Below are positions 1 through 9,052 of a DNA stretch of 64,000 nucleotides, one piece after another. This DNA is from Nitrosopumilus sp. (GTDB lineage: Archaea; Thermoproteota; Nitrososphaeria; Nitrososphaerales; Nitrosopumilaceae): assembly GCA_014384555.1 (NCBI GenBank), contig JACNFR010000055.1, positions 7,240 through 71,239 of the forward strand, read 5' to 3'. Under the pieces are notes generated by a model that worked only from the letters and a program-made list of their open reading frames with translations, was not told the origin of the DNA and did no database searches. A program made the position numbers and the translations under genes. The stretch's first letter is position 1. Each line of letters starts with the position of its first letter.

Positions 1-1
1 T

Positions 2-1147
2 CAATTCTTTGAGATTATTGCTTGGGTTGGTGCAATTACAGCATTATTGCTTGCAACCCAGGGTATGGTTAACAATGAAATTAAGAAAGTTCTTGCATAT
101 TCTACTGGTTCTCAAATCGGTTACATGATGATGGCATTAGGTATTGCAGGATTGTCTCACCAATACGTTGATGGCTACACTGCAGGATTTTTCCATTTAA
201 TTTCTCACGCAATGTTCAAGGCTTCATTATTCATGGCAGCTGGGTCATTGTTGCATATTGTTGGTTCTAGATTCATGAGCGATATGGGTGGACTAAGAAA
301 ACAGATGAAGAAAACTTATGCATTCATGTGGGCTGCAGGTCTTGGATTAATGGGTGCTCCATTTATCACCACAGGTTTCTGGAGTAAGGATGCAATATTT
401 GCAGCAGTTTATACGTCTGGAAATGAATGGGCAATGCCTCTCTACATTATTGCTGTTCTGACTGCTGTTATCACTGCCTTTTATACAACAAGAATGATTG
501 GACTAGTCTTCTTTGGAAAGAAGAGTAAACACATCGAAAAGATGGAAGAAGAAGGACATCACATTCATGAAGCACCAATGTCAATGTGGATTCCATATGG
601 AATTCTTGCAGTACTTACAATTGGTATTGGGCTTATTGGATTATCTGCAGAAGAAGGATTACATCATATGTTTACAGATTATCTTGAACATTCATTTGGT
701 ATTCACTCTGAACATGTTGCAAATGAAGCATCAATCTTACCAGAATTCTTACAAGGACTTAACCCAGTTGCACTTGGTTCATCATTAGTGGCATTTGCTA
801 CTGGTATTGGTCTTGGCTACATCTTCTACATTGGTAGATGGGTTGATCCAGTTAAATTTGTCAATTCAAATATTTTCTTTTACTCGATTCATAAAGTCAT
901 CTTAAACAGATGGTATCTTAATGCAATAATCTACTGGTGCTTTGTAGTGGCACCACTATGGTTGGCAAGAGGTGTATTCCGATACTTTGAAAAGACCGCT
1001 ATCGATTATGGTATGAATGATGGTGTCCAAAAAGCAGTTGGATGGAGTGCCAAAGTTGTTCAAGGAACTCAGACCGGTGTTTCACAATCATATCTATTCG
1101 TATTTGGAGCAGGATTACTATTTGTAGTTCTGATATTGTTGATATAG
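2..1147 (+). CDS. nuoL: NADH-quinone oxidoreductase (complex I) subunit L, C-terminal part; 5' end lies outside the window
   Basis: The frame is open from the window edge; track ORF 47..1147 begins at an internal TTG. It carries the KKVLAYSTGSQIGYMMMALG antiporter-like subunit motif in its NuoL form and many TM helices, and is followed directly by nuoN. Confidence 0.85.
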   Translation, partial: QFFEIIAWVGAITALLLATQGMVNNEIKKVLAYSTGSQIGYMMMALGIAGLSHQYVDGYTAGFFHLISHAMFKASLFMAAGSLLHIVGSRFMSDMGGLRKQMKKTYAFMWAAGLGLMGAPFITTGFWSKDAIFAAVYTSGNEWAMPLYIIAVLTAVITAFYTTRMIGLVFFGKKSKHIEKMEEEGHHIHEAPMSMWIPYGILAVLTIGIGLIGLSAEEGLHHMFTDYLEHSFGIHSEHVANEASILPEFLQGLNPVALGSSLVAFATGIGLGYIFYIGRWVDPVKFVNSNIFFYSIHKVILNRWYLNAIIYWCFVVAPLWLARGVFRYFEKTAIDYGMNDGVQKAVGWSAKVVQGTQTGVSQSYLFVFGAGLLFVVLILLI

Positions 1148-1159
1148 GAGAATTATGAA

Positions 1160-2644
1160 ATGATCGAAATTACTTCAACTCCATTGGTTTTAATTGCAAT
1201 TTTGGGAACTGTCGGAATTCTTCTTCCAATTATCAGCATTGCAAGAAAAGAACAAGGTTCAAACTCATTTTATGCTGTAATTGCATTTGCAGCATTAATT
1301 GTATCTATGGGATATGTAGGATACCAATTTTATGCTGAAAATATTGCTTCATCTGCTCTTTTTTCAGAAGATGTAATTGTAGATGATGCCTTTGGAGGCT
1401 TCTTTGCTATTGCAATGTTAATTGTTGCTGTATTCACAACTGTTGGCTCTTTCAACTATATGCGAAAACACAATTCTCCTGCTGTTTACTATTCACTAAT
1501 TTTACTTGCAACAATTGGTATGGTTCTAGTTGCATATTCAACAGATTTGATAATGTTGTTTGTTGCATGGGAATTGATGAGTATTCCAACGTACATCTTG
1601 GTTGGATATATGAAAAAGAATCCAAGTTCAAATGAAGCAGCACTCAAATATTTCTTGTTTGGTGCATTGTCTTCTGCAATCATAGTTTACGGTATTTCAA
1701 TTTCTTATGGATTAACAGGTTCTACAAACATTGGAGAAGTAATTCAAGGCTATTCTACACTTGATCCTTCGCTGCTACCTCTTGCATTGCTTTCAGTTGG
1801 AATGTTTATTGCAGGATTTGGATTCAAAATGGGACTTGTTCCATTCCATCAATGGTTACCAGACACCTATGAAGGTGCCCCACCTACAATCACTGCATTA
1901 TTAGCTGCTGCAACAAAGAAAGCAGGATTTGCTGCAACTATTAGAATTGTAGTTCTTGGCATGGTTGTTCTAAACCTTGATTGGACTTTAGCACTTGGAA
2001 TCATTGCAGTAATGACTATGACTATAGGAAATGTTGCAGCAATTATGCAAAAGAGTATTTCAAGAATGTTGGCATATTCCAGTATTGCTCATGCAGGATA
2101 CATTTTGATTGGACTTGCAGTGGCTCCTCATAGTTCTCTTGGATTACAAGGTTCTTTGTATCAAATTATGAATCACGCAGTAATGAAAGGTGCTGCATTT
2201 ATTGCAATTGTAGGTATTGTAACAACACTTGGAGTTACTCACATTGACAAACTAAAAGGACTTGGAAGAAGGATGCCAATCACTGCTTTAGGTATGATTA
2301 TTGCTCTCTTTGCACTCGCTGGTGTGCCTCCACTTTCTGGATTTTGGAGTAAATTGATGTTATTTGGAAGTGCTTTAGATGCTAGTTCTGCTTTATGGTG
2401 GGCACCTTGGCTTGCAATTGCTGGTGTGCTTAACAGTGCATTATCACTTGCTTACTATGGTTGGATTACAAGAAAAATGTACTTTGAAGGTGAAACAGAA
2501 AAGAGAGTTGTAGAACCAAAATCTGTAATTGCTGTAATGATCTTCTCAACAATCTTCTTAGTAGGATTTGGTGTATATCCTGAACCATTAATTAAATTTG
2601 TAGAGTTTGCAACACCAGTGATTAGTTTGGGTCTTATGCCTTAA
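1160..2644 (+). CDS. nuoN: NADH-quinone oxidoreductase subunit N
   Basis: 494 aa polytopic membrane protein with SRMLAYSSIAHAGYILIGL and PFHQWLPDTYEGAP motifs typical of NuoN. ATG start 13 nt after the nuoL stop, with GGAG upstream. Confidence 0.9.
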   Translation: MIEITSTPLVLIAILGTVGILLPIISIARKEQGSNSFYAVIAFAALIVSMGYVGYQFYAENIASSALFSEDVIVDDAFGGFFAIAMLIVAVFTTVGSFNYMRKHNSPAVYYSLILLATIGMVLVAYSTDLIMLFVAWELMSIPTYILVGYMKKNPSSNEAALKYFLFGALSSAIIVYGISISYGLTGSTNIGEVIQGYSTLDPSLLPLALLSVGMFIAGFGFKMGLVPFHQWLPDTYEGAPPTITALLAAATKKAGFAATIRIVVLGMVVLNLDWTLALGIIAVMTMTIGNVAAIMQKSISRMLAYSSIAHAGYILIGLAVAPHSSLGLQGSLYQIMNHAVMKGAAFIAIVGIVTTLGVTHIDKLKGLGRRMPITALGMIIALFALAGVPPLSGFWSKLMLFGSALDASSALWWAPWLAIAGVLNSALSLAYYGWITRKMYFEGETEKRVVEPKSVIAVMIFSTIFLVGFGVYPEPLIKFVEFATPVISLGLMP

Positions 2645-3500
2645 ACGAAGTAAATTTAATTAAATTATCTAGATTCATTTTTGCATCATTGTCTGGAATG
2701 TTTCTTAATGCTGATCTTGCTTTTTCTGAATATTCCTTTAGCAATTCTTCCATTTTGTTAAAGACATCTCTAGGATCTGAACTTTTCTTAATTAGTAAAT
2801 TAAATAATTTATCTTCATTTTTCCAATCTAGTAAATCATCCCTGATTTGATATGCAATTCCTAGATTTTTTCCATATTCAGTTAATCCCTCAATTTGTTC
2901 TTCAGTCCCATTTGCAATAATTGCACCTATTCTTGCTGCAACTTGAAATGCAACTGCTGTTTTGTATTCAATTACTTTTAGATAATCGTCAAATGTCACA
3001 TCTTCATTATTTTCTAATCTACCTTCAATCATTTCCCCTTCACTCATTAGCATGGCAGTAGTGGCCAAATCTTTTGTTATTCTAGCATTATCTAATTTGG
3101 ATGATATTGCAAGAATTAACCCTAGCACAAAATCTCCTGTTAGGACACTTGTATTGTATCCATATTTGACATGAAATGGCTGTTTTTGCCTTCTCATAGT
3201 TTCATCATCAATAATGTCATCATGGATAATTGATTCCATATGAAGAAATTCAACCGCACAAGATGCTGAAAGCACATTTTCATCAATTTTACCCACACTC
3301 TCGGCTGCTAAATTCAAAATTATAGGTCTAATTCGCTTTCCCCCTTCTAGAGAATATTTTAGAGGTTCAATAAACTCAGATTCAGAATAAATTGCAAGTT
3401 CATTATCTAATGCTTGATCGATTTGTTGAATATATTTTCCATAAGTTTCAAGTAGAGGATTTATCTCGATATTTTTCCTGTCCAAGATGGGCCTGATCAA
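2634..3500 (-). CDS. trans-polyprenyl diphosphate synthase (chain length unresolved)
   Basis: 288 aa with both aspartate-rich prenyltransferase motifs: HDDIIDDE (first) and IRDDLLD (second). Convergent 11-nt overlap with the nuoN end. Confidence 0.85.
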   Translation of the reverse strand: MIRPILDRKNIEINPLLETYGKYIQQIDQALDNELAIYSESEFIEPLKYSLEGGKRIRPIILNLAAESVGKIDENVLSASCAVEFLHMESIIHDDIIDDETMRRQKQPFHVKYGYNTSVLTGDFVLGLILAISSKLDNARITKDLATTAMLMSEGEMIEGRLENNEDVTFDDYLKVIEYKTAVAFQVAARIGAIIANGTEEQIEGLTEYGKNLGIAYQIRDDLLDWKNEDKLFNLLIKKSSDPRDVFNKMEELLKEYSEKARSALRNIPDNDAKMNLDNLIKFTSFKA

Positions 3501-3527
3501 AAACCTTTACCATAAGTAAATAAATCT

Positions 3528-3606
3528 TGGTGCTCCAGCCGGGATTTGAACCCGGGATCTTTGCCTTGAAAGGGCAAAATGCTTGACCGGTCTACACCAC
3601 TGGAAC
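3528..3606 (-). tRNA. tRNA-Glu (anticodon UUC), CCA encoded
   Basis: Hand-folded cloverleaf. Acceptor GTTCCAG/CTGGAGC (one G-U), anticodon arm TTGCC-CTTTCAA-GGCAA, T arm CCGGG-TTCAAAT-CCCGG, discriminator A plus CCA. Confidence 0.9.
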
Positions 3607-3686
3607 CCATGAAAATTCTATATTATCATCATAAAATCTTTTGTAAACCACAAAGATTTTTTTATTGGCAATATAGGACATCAATC

Positions 3687-4319
3687 ATGAATATAATACA
3701 GAAAATTGATGAAATGATTGAAGAAAGAAGTTTACTAAAACATCCATTTTACCAAATGTGGTCTGATGGAAAATTAACACAGGAATCACTTGCAGGTTAT
3801 TCTAAAGAATACTTTCAACTTGTAAAAGCAGTTCCTTCTTTTATGACTCCAATTATTGCCAAGTCTCCTGAAACAATAGTTGGTGAACTAGTAGAAAATC
3901 AACAAGAAGAATCTGATCATATTAAACCATGGATTGCTTTTGCTGGTGAACTAGGAATATCTGAGGATGAATTGACTTCATATCCTGGAACCGCTAAAAC
4001 ACAAAAAGCTGTATCTGATCTAAATCAACTAATGGATACTTTTGATGGTGGTGCATGCGCAATGTATGCTTTTGAAAAAGAAATTCCAAAAATCAGCCAA
4101 ACTAAACTTGATGGATTGGCAGAATTTTATGGAATGACAAATGATGAATCTACAGAATACTTCAAACTTCATACTGAAGCTGACATTAGACATGCCGCAT
4201 CATGGAAAAATATCTTGGAGAAATCATCAGTTGATACTAGTAAATTGATTGAAATTGCAGAGAAATCACTTTCAGCACAAAACTTGTTGCTTGATAGCTG
4301 TTACGAAGAATACTGTTAA
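3687..4319 (+). CDS. heme-oxygenase-like di-iron protein of the TenA/PqqC/CADD family
   Basis: The track ORF starts at 3579 inside tRNA-Glu. The first ATG clear of the tRNA is 3687 (MNIIQKIDEMIEERSLLKHPFYQMW...). The HPFYxxW N-terminus and the C-terminal H-x3-D-x2-H (HTEADIRH) are as I remember for this family. Confidence 0.6.
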   Translation: MNIIQKIDEMIEERSLLKHPFYQMWSDGKLTQESLAGYSKEYFQLVKAVPSFMTPIIAKSPETIVGELVENQQEESDHIKPWIAFAGELGISEDELTSYPGTAKTQKAVSDLNQLMDTFDGGACAMYAFEKEIPKISQTKLDGLAEFYGMTNDESTEYFKLHTEADIRHAASWKNILEKSSVDTSKLIEIAEKSLSAQNLLLDSCYEEYC

Positions 4320-4359
4320 TCTCATAACATTTTAAACCTGAGAAAAAATTCCTTTGCTA

Positions 4360-4433
4360 GGGCCCGTAACTCAGCTTGGTAGAGTAACCGGCTCATAACC
4401 GGTGAGCCAAGGGATCGAAGCCCTTCGGGCCCA
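4360..4433 (+). tRNA. tRNA with CAU anticodon (elongator Met, or Ile2 if C34 is modified)
   Basis: Acceptor GGGCCCG/CGGGCCC, anticodon arm ACCGG-CTCATAA-CCGGT, T arm AAGGG-ATCGAAG-CCCTT. G1-C72 and the lack of a GGG/CCC anticodon stem argue against an initiator. No encoded CCA. Confidence 0.85.
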
Positions 4434-4476
4434 TTATTTTCCATTAGTTTTAAAACAAGCAAATTAAAAATTAACT

Positions 4477-4540
4477 GGCTGCAATGAAGAATCAGAGTTA
4501 TATCTGAATTGATGATTGGAAGGCATTTGACTGAGCTGCC
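4477..4540 (+). ncRNA. candidate C/D box sRNA (2'-O-methylation guide)
   Basis: C box ATGAAGA (4484-4490, one mismatch to RUGAUGA), D' CTGA (4504-4507), C' TGATGA (4510-4515), D CTGA (4531-4534). Flanks GGCTGC / GCTGCC can pair 5 of 6. Guide spacers are 13 and 15 nt, slightly longer than the canonical 12. Confidence 0.4.
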
Positions 4541-4545
4541 AAAAT

Positions 4546-5151
4546 TTACTTGTTGATTTGTTTTTTCACTTTTTCTAATATGTCTTCATCAATTAGATTT
4601 TGTTCAAACAAAGCCTCGGTAATTTGTAAAATATTTAGAATCGAATGCATTTTTACTCCTAATTCTAATAGTGCTTCATCCGCTCCTTCCATTCTATTTA
4701 CAATAACGTATGCATCTTTTACTGGGATATTGACTTCTTTTAGAGATTTTATTGCATTTACAACCGAACCTCCTGTAGTAGCTACATCGTCAATCATAAC
4801 TACTTTCATACCCTCATGGATTTTACCTTCCACTGATTTTGATGTTCCATAATCTTTTGGTTTGCTTCTAACATAGATTAATGGTTTCACAGTTTCAATT
4901 GCAAGTGCTGATGCAATCACTAATCCTCCAGTTGGAACTGAAACAATTGAATCAAAATTATCTAATCCAATATCTTCACTGATTTGATTTTCAAGGTATT
5001 TTATCATCTTTCTAAATTCAATAGGATAACTTGGAACTAATCTTAAATCTACATAATACGAACTATGCTTTCCACTGGCAAGTGTAAAGTCACCAAATTT
5101 TATGATGCCTTTTTGATGCAAAAAGGTTGCAAACTCTTTTACAAATTCCAT
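4546..5151 (-). CDS. pyrE: orotate phosphoribosyltransferase
   Basis: 201 aa type-I PRTase with PRPP loop VMIDDVATTGGS and an N-terminal FGDFTLASGKHSSYYVD OPRT-like signature. Confidence 0.85.
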   Translation of the reverse strand: MEFVKEFATFLHQKGIIKFGDFTLASGKHSSYYVDLRLVPSYPIEFRKMIKYLENQISEDIGLDNFDSIVSVPTGGLVIASALAIETVKPLIYVRSKPKDYGTSKSVEGKIHEGMKVVMIDDVATTGGSVVNAIKSLKEVNIPVKDAYVIVNRMEGADEALLELGVKMHSILNILQITEALFEQNLIDEDILEKVKKQINK

Positions 5152-5201
5152 ACAAAAGTTAACTACACTGGATTTATTTTGTTTTGTATTGAGTAATAAT
5201 T

Positions 5202-6284
5202 ATGCCTGAAATTTGGTTAAATTATGGAATCACTGACGTTGTTTTGGATATAAAGGCTGAAAATCTAGAGCAAAAAATTGATTCCGAAGGTAAAGTTTTA
5301 GATGATTCTGCGATCAATGAAAAACTAAACACCCTTGATTTGTCAAAGCCAATGGAATTAGTAGTATTGCATAATTCTAAATCAATTTTAAAAATCATAT
5401 CTTCATTGTTTACCTTATGCGAACAAAAATCAAAACCATTTCCAAAAATATTGACTGACAAAAAAATCCTGAATTTGGTAAAATCTGGATTGCCTGAAGG
5501 AAGTTCAATTAATGAATTTGATGATGTTGGAATTGATAATTCAAATCTTGTATTCATGGGTGAAATGGAATTTAATGGATTATTTGGATATGAGACTATT
5601 TCTACACGTCTTATCAAAAAATTTGGCCAAGATTCGATGCTTGCCGCATATGCAAAAAGACAAGGAAATCTCCCTACGCCTGGACAATATTCTGAAAGTT
5701 TAACAGAAGCAAAAAAATTTACTGACAATTTTGAAATTCAGGGAATAGAAATAATTGCAAATTCTGAAGGGATTTTAGATTTTACAATAGGTCATCCTTC
5801 AGAAACTATGTCTTCTACAAAAATTCTTGAATCAAATTCTATCAAAGATGTTGGTGAGCATAAAACAATGGTAATTAGTACTGGAAAAGATGCAAGCAAT
5901 GACAATCTAGGAAATTCTTTTTCTTCACTTTGGAATTGCTACAATGCTATCAAAAAAGATGGCCTTGCTATTTTGGTGGCAGAATGTAAGGGAGGATTAG
6001 GTTCTGATGCATTACAACAATACATTGAAGACAGATTAACTCTAGAACAACTACGAAATCCTACTAAATACATTAACGGAATGGAAGATTTACTTTTTCT
6101 TTCTGAAATACAAAAGAAATTCCAAATTGGACTAGTTTCAATTTTACCTGAATTTTATGCAAAGAAACTTAACATGATTTCTATGCAGGGAATAAAATAT
6201 TCTATGGATTATATTCTCAAAACTCAAGGTGCACGTCAAAAGGTTGCAGTGGTTACTGATGGTGCCAGATTATTGTTAAGGTGA
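5202..6284 (+). CDS. LarA-fold (DUF2088-like) protein, probably not a canonical lactate racemase
   Basis: 360 aa. By eye, ISTGKDASNDNLGNSFSSLWNCYNAIKKDGLAILVAECKGGLGS and the C-terminal KVAVVTDGARLLLR resemble the LarA C-terminal half. The region aligning to LarA ESHFFAGFSGGRKS reads EMEFNGLFGYETIS. Confidence 0.5.
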   Translation: MPEIWLNYGITDVVLDIKAENLEQKIDSEGKVLDDSAINEKLNTLDLSKPMELVVLHNSKSILKIISSLFTLCEQKSKPFPKILTDKKILNLVKSGLPEGSSINEFDDVGIDNSNLVFMGEMEFNGLFGYETISTRLIKKFGQDSMLAAYAKRQGNLPTPGQYSESLTEAKKFTDNFEIQGIEIIANSEGILDFTIGHPSETMSSTKILESNSIKDVGEHKTMVISTGKDASNDNLGNSFSSLWNCYNAIKKDGLAILVAECKGGLGSDALQQYIEDRLTLEQLRNPTKYINGMEDLLFLSEIQKKFQIGLVSILPEFYAKKLNMISMQGIKYSMDYILKTQGARQKVAVVTDGARLLLR

Positions 6285-7385
6285 AAGAGTCGGTAGAATA
6301 TCTGATGGTAACGGTGCACACAAAATTGCTAACAATATAATTCCAATATATGCTAGTTTTCTATTTCTTGAAAGAGGAGAAACATCATCTAATGGCATTG
6401 CACTAGGACTTTTTGTACTCATTATGAAAATTAAAATTGCCATTACCCAATAATTTAACAAAACAAGAATTATCATACTTCCATAAGTTGCATATCTATG
6501 TAGTTTTACTCCGAGTAGTGTTCTTGCCATGTGCCCTCCATCCAATTGCCATGCAGGTAATAAATTCAAAAATGTAATTAAGAATCCAATCCATGCTGCA
6601 AACATTACTGGAGTCATTATCACTTCGTATCCTGAACCTCCTTTTCCAAACAAAGCTAAACTTGCCGTCATCAGTAATGGTTCACCTAAATTCCACTCAA
6701 TTAATCTGGAATCTTCAAATAATCCTGCTGCAATTTCAGAATCTAAAATTGGTGCTGTATATGCAGCATAAATTGAAACTATTATTGCAATTACTAATCC
6801 TGCAATAGGTCCTGCAATAGCTACATCGAATAATATTTCTCGATTAATTGTAAGTCCTTTTGATTGAATAAATGCACCAAATGTTGGGATACCGATTACT
6901 GGAAGTCCGGGAATAAAATATGGCCAAGTTGTTTTTAGACCATGTGCTTTTGCAGCAATAATATGACCTAGTTCATGAATTCCTAAAATCCCTAATAATG
7001 ACAATGTGTAAACTGCTGCCATTTCAAGAGGATCTCCAATTTCTACAATTGAATTTGTTCCTGATGTTCTATAATATCCATCAATCATTACAAATGAAAT
7101 AACAATTGCAAACAATATTCTTGGAGTCCAAGATGTATTCATCCATCTCCTCTGTTTTTTTGGAGCAAATTTTTGAATTATGACGTAGAGTCCTCCGTCT
7201 TCCATTTTTTCTAATTTACAAACATACTTCATGTTTTCTAGCTTTCTAGCTAGCCCTTCAAATTTTGATTTAAAATCTCCATCTTCTATTCTAAATTCTA
7301 GTGAAAATTCAGTTTTAGTAAAGTTACTGACCTGAAATATTGAATTTACTAATGAAACAATGTCTTCTTGTGAGGGATCTTCCAT
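6276..7385 (-). CDS. site-2 protease family (M50) intramembrane metalloprotease
   Basis: HELGHIIAAKAHG (HExxH) and NLLPAWQLDGGH motifs within a polytopic membrane protein of 369 aa. Confidence 0.8.
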   Translation of the reverse strand: MEDPSQEDIVSLVNSIFQVSNFTKTEFSLEFRIEDGDFKSKFEGLARKLENMKYVCKLEKMEDGGLYVIIQKFAPKKQRRWMNTSWTPRILFAIVISFVMIDGYYRTSGTNSIVEIGDPLEMAAVYTLSLLGILGIHELGHIIAAKAHGLKTTWPYFIPGLPVIGIPTFGAFIQSKGLTINREILFDVAIAGPIAGLVIAIIVSIYAAYTAPILDSEIAAGLFEDSRLIEWNLGEPLLMTASLALFGKGGSGYEVIMTPVMFAAWIGFLITFLNLLPAWQLDGGHMARTLLGVKLHRYATYGSMIILVLLNYWVMAILIFIMSTKSPSAMPLDDVSPLSRNRKLAYIGIILLAILCAPLPSDILPTLSP

Positions 7386-7460
7386 CTCTTTAACACTGGA
7401 TTTTTTCCATTAAATGGTCTTTTGGTTTAAAATTAAATATTGATAATATTATGAATAATT

Positions 7461-7958
7461 ATGCAAGTTATTCTTAGACAATTAGGTGATTGCAATATTA
7501 GAAGAGCAGAACCAAGCGATCTAATTTCTGTAATGGAAATTAATTTGAAAACACTTCCTGAACATTATTCTGATTATTTTTATGAAAGCTTACTTGCTGA
7601 ACTTCCAGAGGCTTTCTTGGTGGCTGAAATTGGAGGTAAATATGTAGGGTACATAATGTGTAAAACTGAATTTGGTTTTTCAAATTTTAAGAAATTAGGT
7701 TTTGTCAAAAAAGGTCATGTTGTTTCTATTGCAGTTGTTGAGGAACATAGAAAGAAAGGCATTGGAAATGCACTTGTTGAGGAATCTGTAAATGGTGTAA
7801 AATTAAGAAAGTGTGATGAATTCTATTTGGAAGTAAGATGTAGTAATACTGAGGCTGTTAGATTATATGAAAAACAAGGGTTTGTTATTAGACAACAATT
7901 AAACGCCTATTATCGAGATGGCGAAGATGCATACCTTATGGCAATTGAATTAGAATAG
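7461..7958 (+). CDS. GNAT N-acetyltransferase (RimI/Ard1-like protein N-terminal acetyltransferase)
   Basis: 165 aa with acetyl-CoA binding segment VSIAVVEEHRKKGIGNALVEE and a C-terminal YEKQGF motif. Confidence 0.8.
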   Translation: MQVILRQLGDCNIRRAEPSDLISVMEINLKTLPEHYSDYFYESLLAELPEAFLVAEIGGKYVGYIMCKTEFGFSNFKKLGFVKKGHVVSIAVVEEHRKKGIGNALVEESVNGVKLRKCDEFYLEVRCSNTEAVRLYEKQGFVIRQQLNAYYRDGEDAYLMAIELE

Positions 7959-7995
7959 TTCAAACCAATAAATAACTCAGAAAAAATTTCTCGCC

Positions 7996-8214
7996 ATGAA
8001 CAAACGAAAAGGAATGGGCATTACCATTTTTGTACTCTGTATTGGTGGTTTTTTCCTTTATGCTTATTTGTTAATGCTCTCTGAATGGAGTCCTATAGTA
8101 TTAGAATTATCCGTCTTGATGATTGCTGGAGGAATTTTAGGAGTTATTGCATGGATTGGATATGTAATGGCAACAACAAAACCTTCACCTGCTTCAATTA
8201 CATCTGAAGATTAA
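7996..8214 (+). CDS. small membrane protein (two predicted TM helices), unknown function
   Basis: 72 aa ORF with an ATG start and two hydrophobic stretches. No family recognised. Confidence 0.5.
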   Translation: MNKRKGMGITIFVLCIGGFFLYAYLLMLSEWSPIVLELSVLMIAGGILGVIAWIGYVMATTKPSPASITSED

Positions 8215-8215
8215 C

Positions 8216-9052
8216 TTATTTAGAAATTTTTACATCTACCACTGTTTGATAGTATCTTGGACCTACTGGTCTCACAATTTTTGAATCTAGAATTTCTGAT
8301 TTGACTGAAGTAACATCAAGATAATGTTTTTCAGAAAGTTTTCCTGCATCTGTTTTTTTATCTGCATGAATGTGTGAATAATAATGAATAATTCCACCAT
8401 CTTTGGTTGTATTGATTGCAGATTCTAAAAATTCATCAGATCTTTCAGGTAACAACATCAGTGTTCTATCTGATTTATTCATTAATTGATTCTTGATAAT
8501 TTCAGATGCATCTCCATTTATTGAAATCACTTCACCTGCAAGTTTGTTTAATCCAATATTTGTCTCACATAATTTTGAAGCAACAGGATTAATGTCTAAG
8601 CTATAGACCGTACATTTCTTCTTCTTAGCCGCCATTATGGAAAACATCCCAATTCCTGCAAACATATTTGTCATTATTTCTCCATTTTGAATCAAATTTG
8701 CTATTCTTTCCCTTTCTGTAGAGAGTCTAGGTGAAAAAAATGCATTTTTAACATCTACTCTAAATCTACAACCAAATTCCTTGTATTCTGTCTCTGTATT
8801 GTCTTCACCTGCAAGAATTTCTAGATCCCTGGTACGAAAATTACCTTCCACTGCTGAGGCTTGATAGAATACACTTCTGACTATTTTTACTTGATCTAAT
8901 AATGCATTTCCAATAATATCTTTTTTTGATAATAACGAATCTGGAATTCTAACAATGATTATTTCTCCTATCTGATCAAAAGCTGAAATTAATTCATTAC
9001 TTTCTTTTTCTGTAAGCACATTTTCTAGTGCTTTTTTTAACATTCGAGTCAA
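8216..9052 (-). CDS. trm5: tRNA (guanine37-N1)-methyltransferase Trm5/Taw22 family
   Basis: 278 aa. FSPRLSTERERI and NMFAGIGMFSI (SAM-binding) motifs typical of Trm5/TYW2. 4-nt overlap with the upstream ABCE1 gene. Confidence 0.75.
   Translation of the reverse strand: MTRMLKKALENVLTEKESNELISAFDQIGEIIIVRIPDSLLSKKDIIGNALLDQVKIVRSVFYQASAVEGNFRTRDLEILAGEDNTETEYKEFGCRFRVDVKNAFFSPRLSTERERIANLIQNGEIMTNMFAGIGMFSIMAAKKKKCTVYSLDINPVASKLCETNIGLNKLAGEVISINGDASEIIKNQLMNKSDRTLMLLPERSDEFLESAINTTKDGGIIHYYSHIHADKKTDAGKLSEKHYLDVTSVKSEILDSKIVRPVGPRYYQTVVDVKISK

Noticed and set aside
3579-3686. N-terminal 36 codons of track ORF 3579..4319
   Set aside because: This part overlaps the tRNA-Glu gene on the opposite strand and adds a non-homologous leader. 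The family-typical N-terminus begins at the ATG at 3687.
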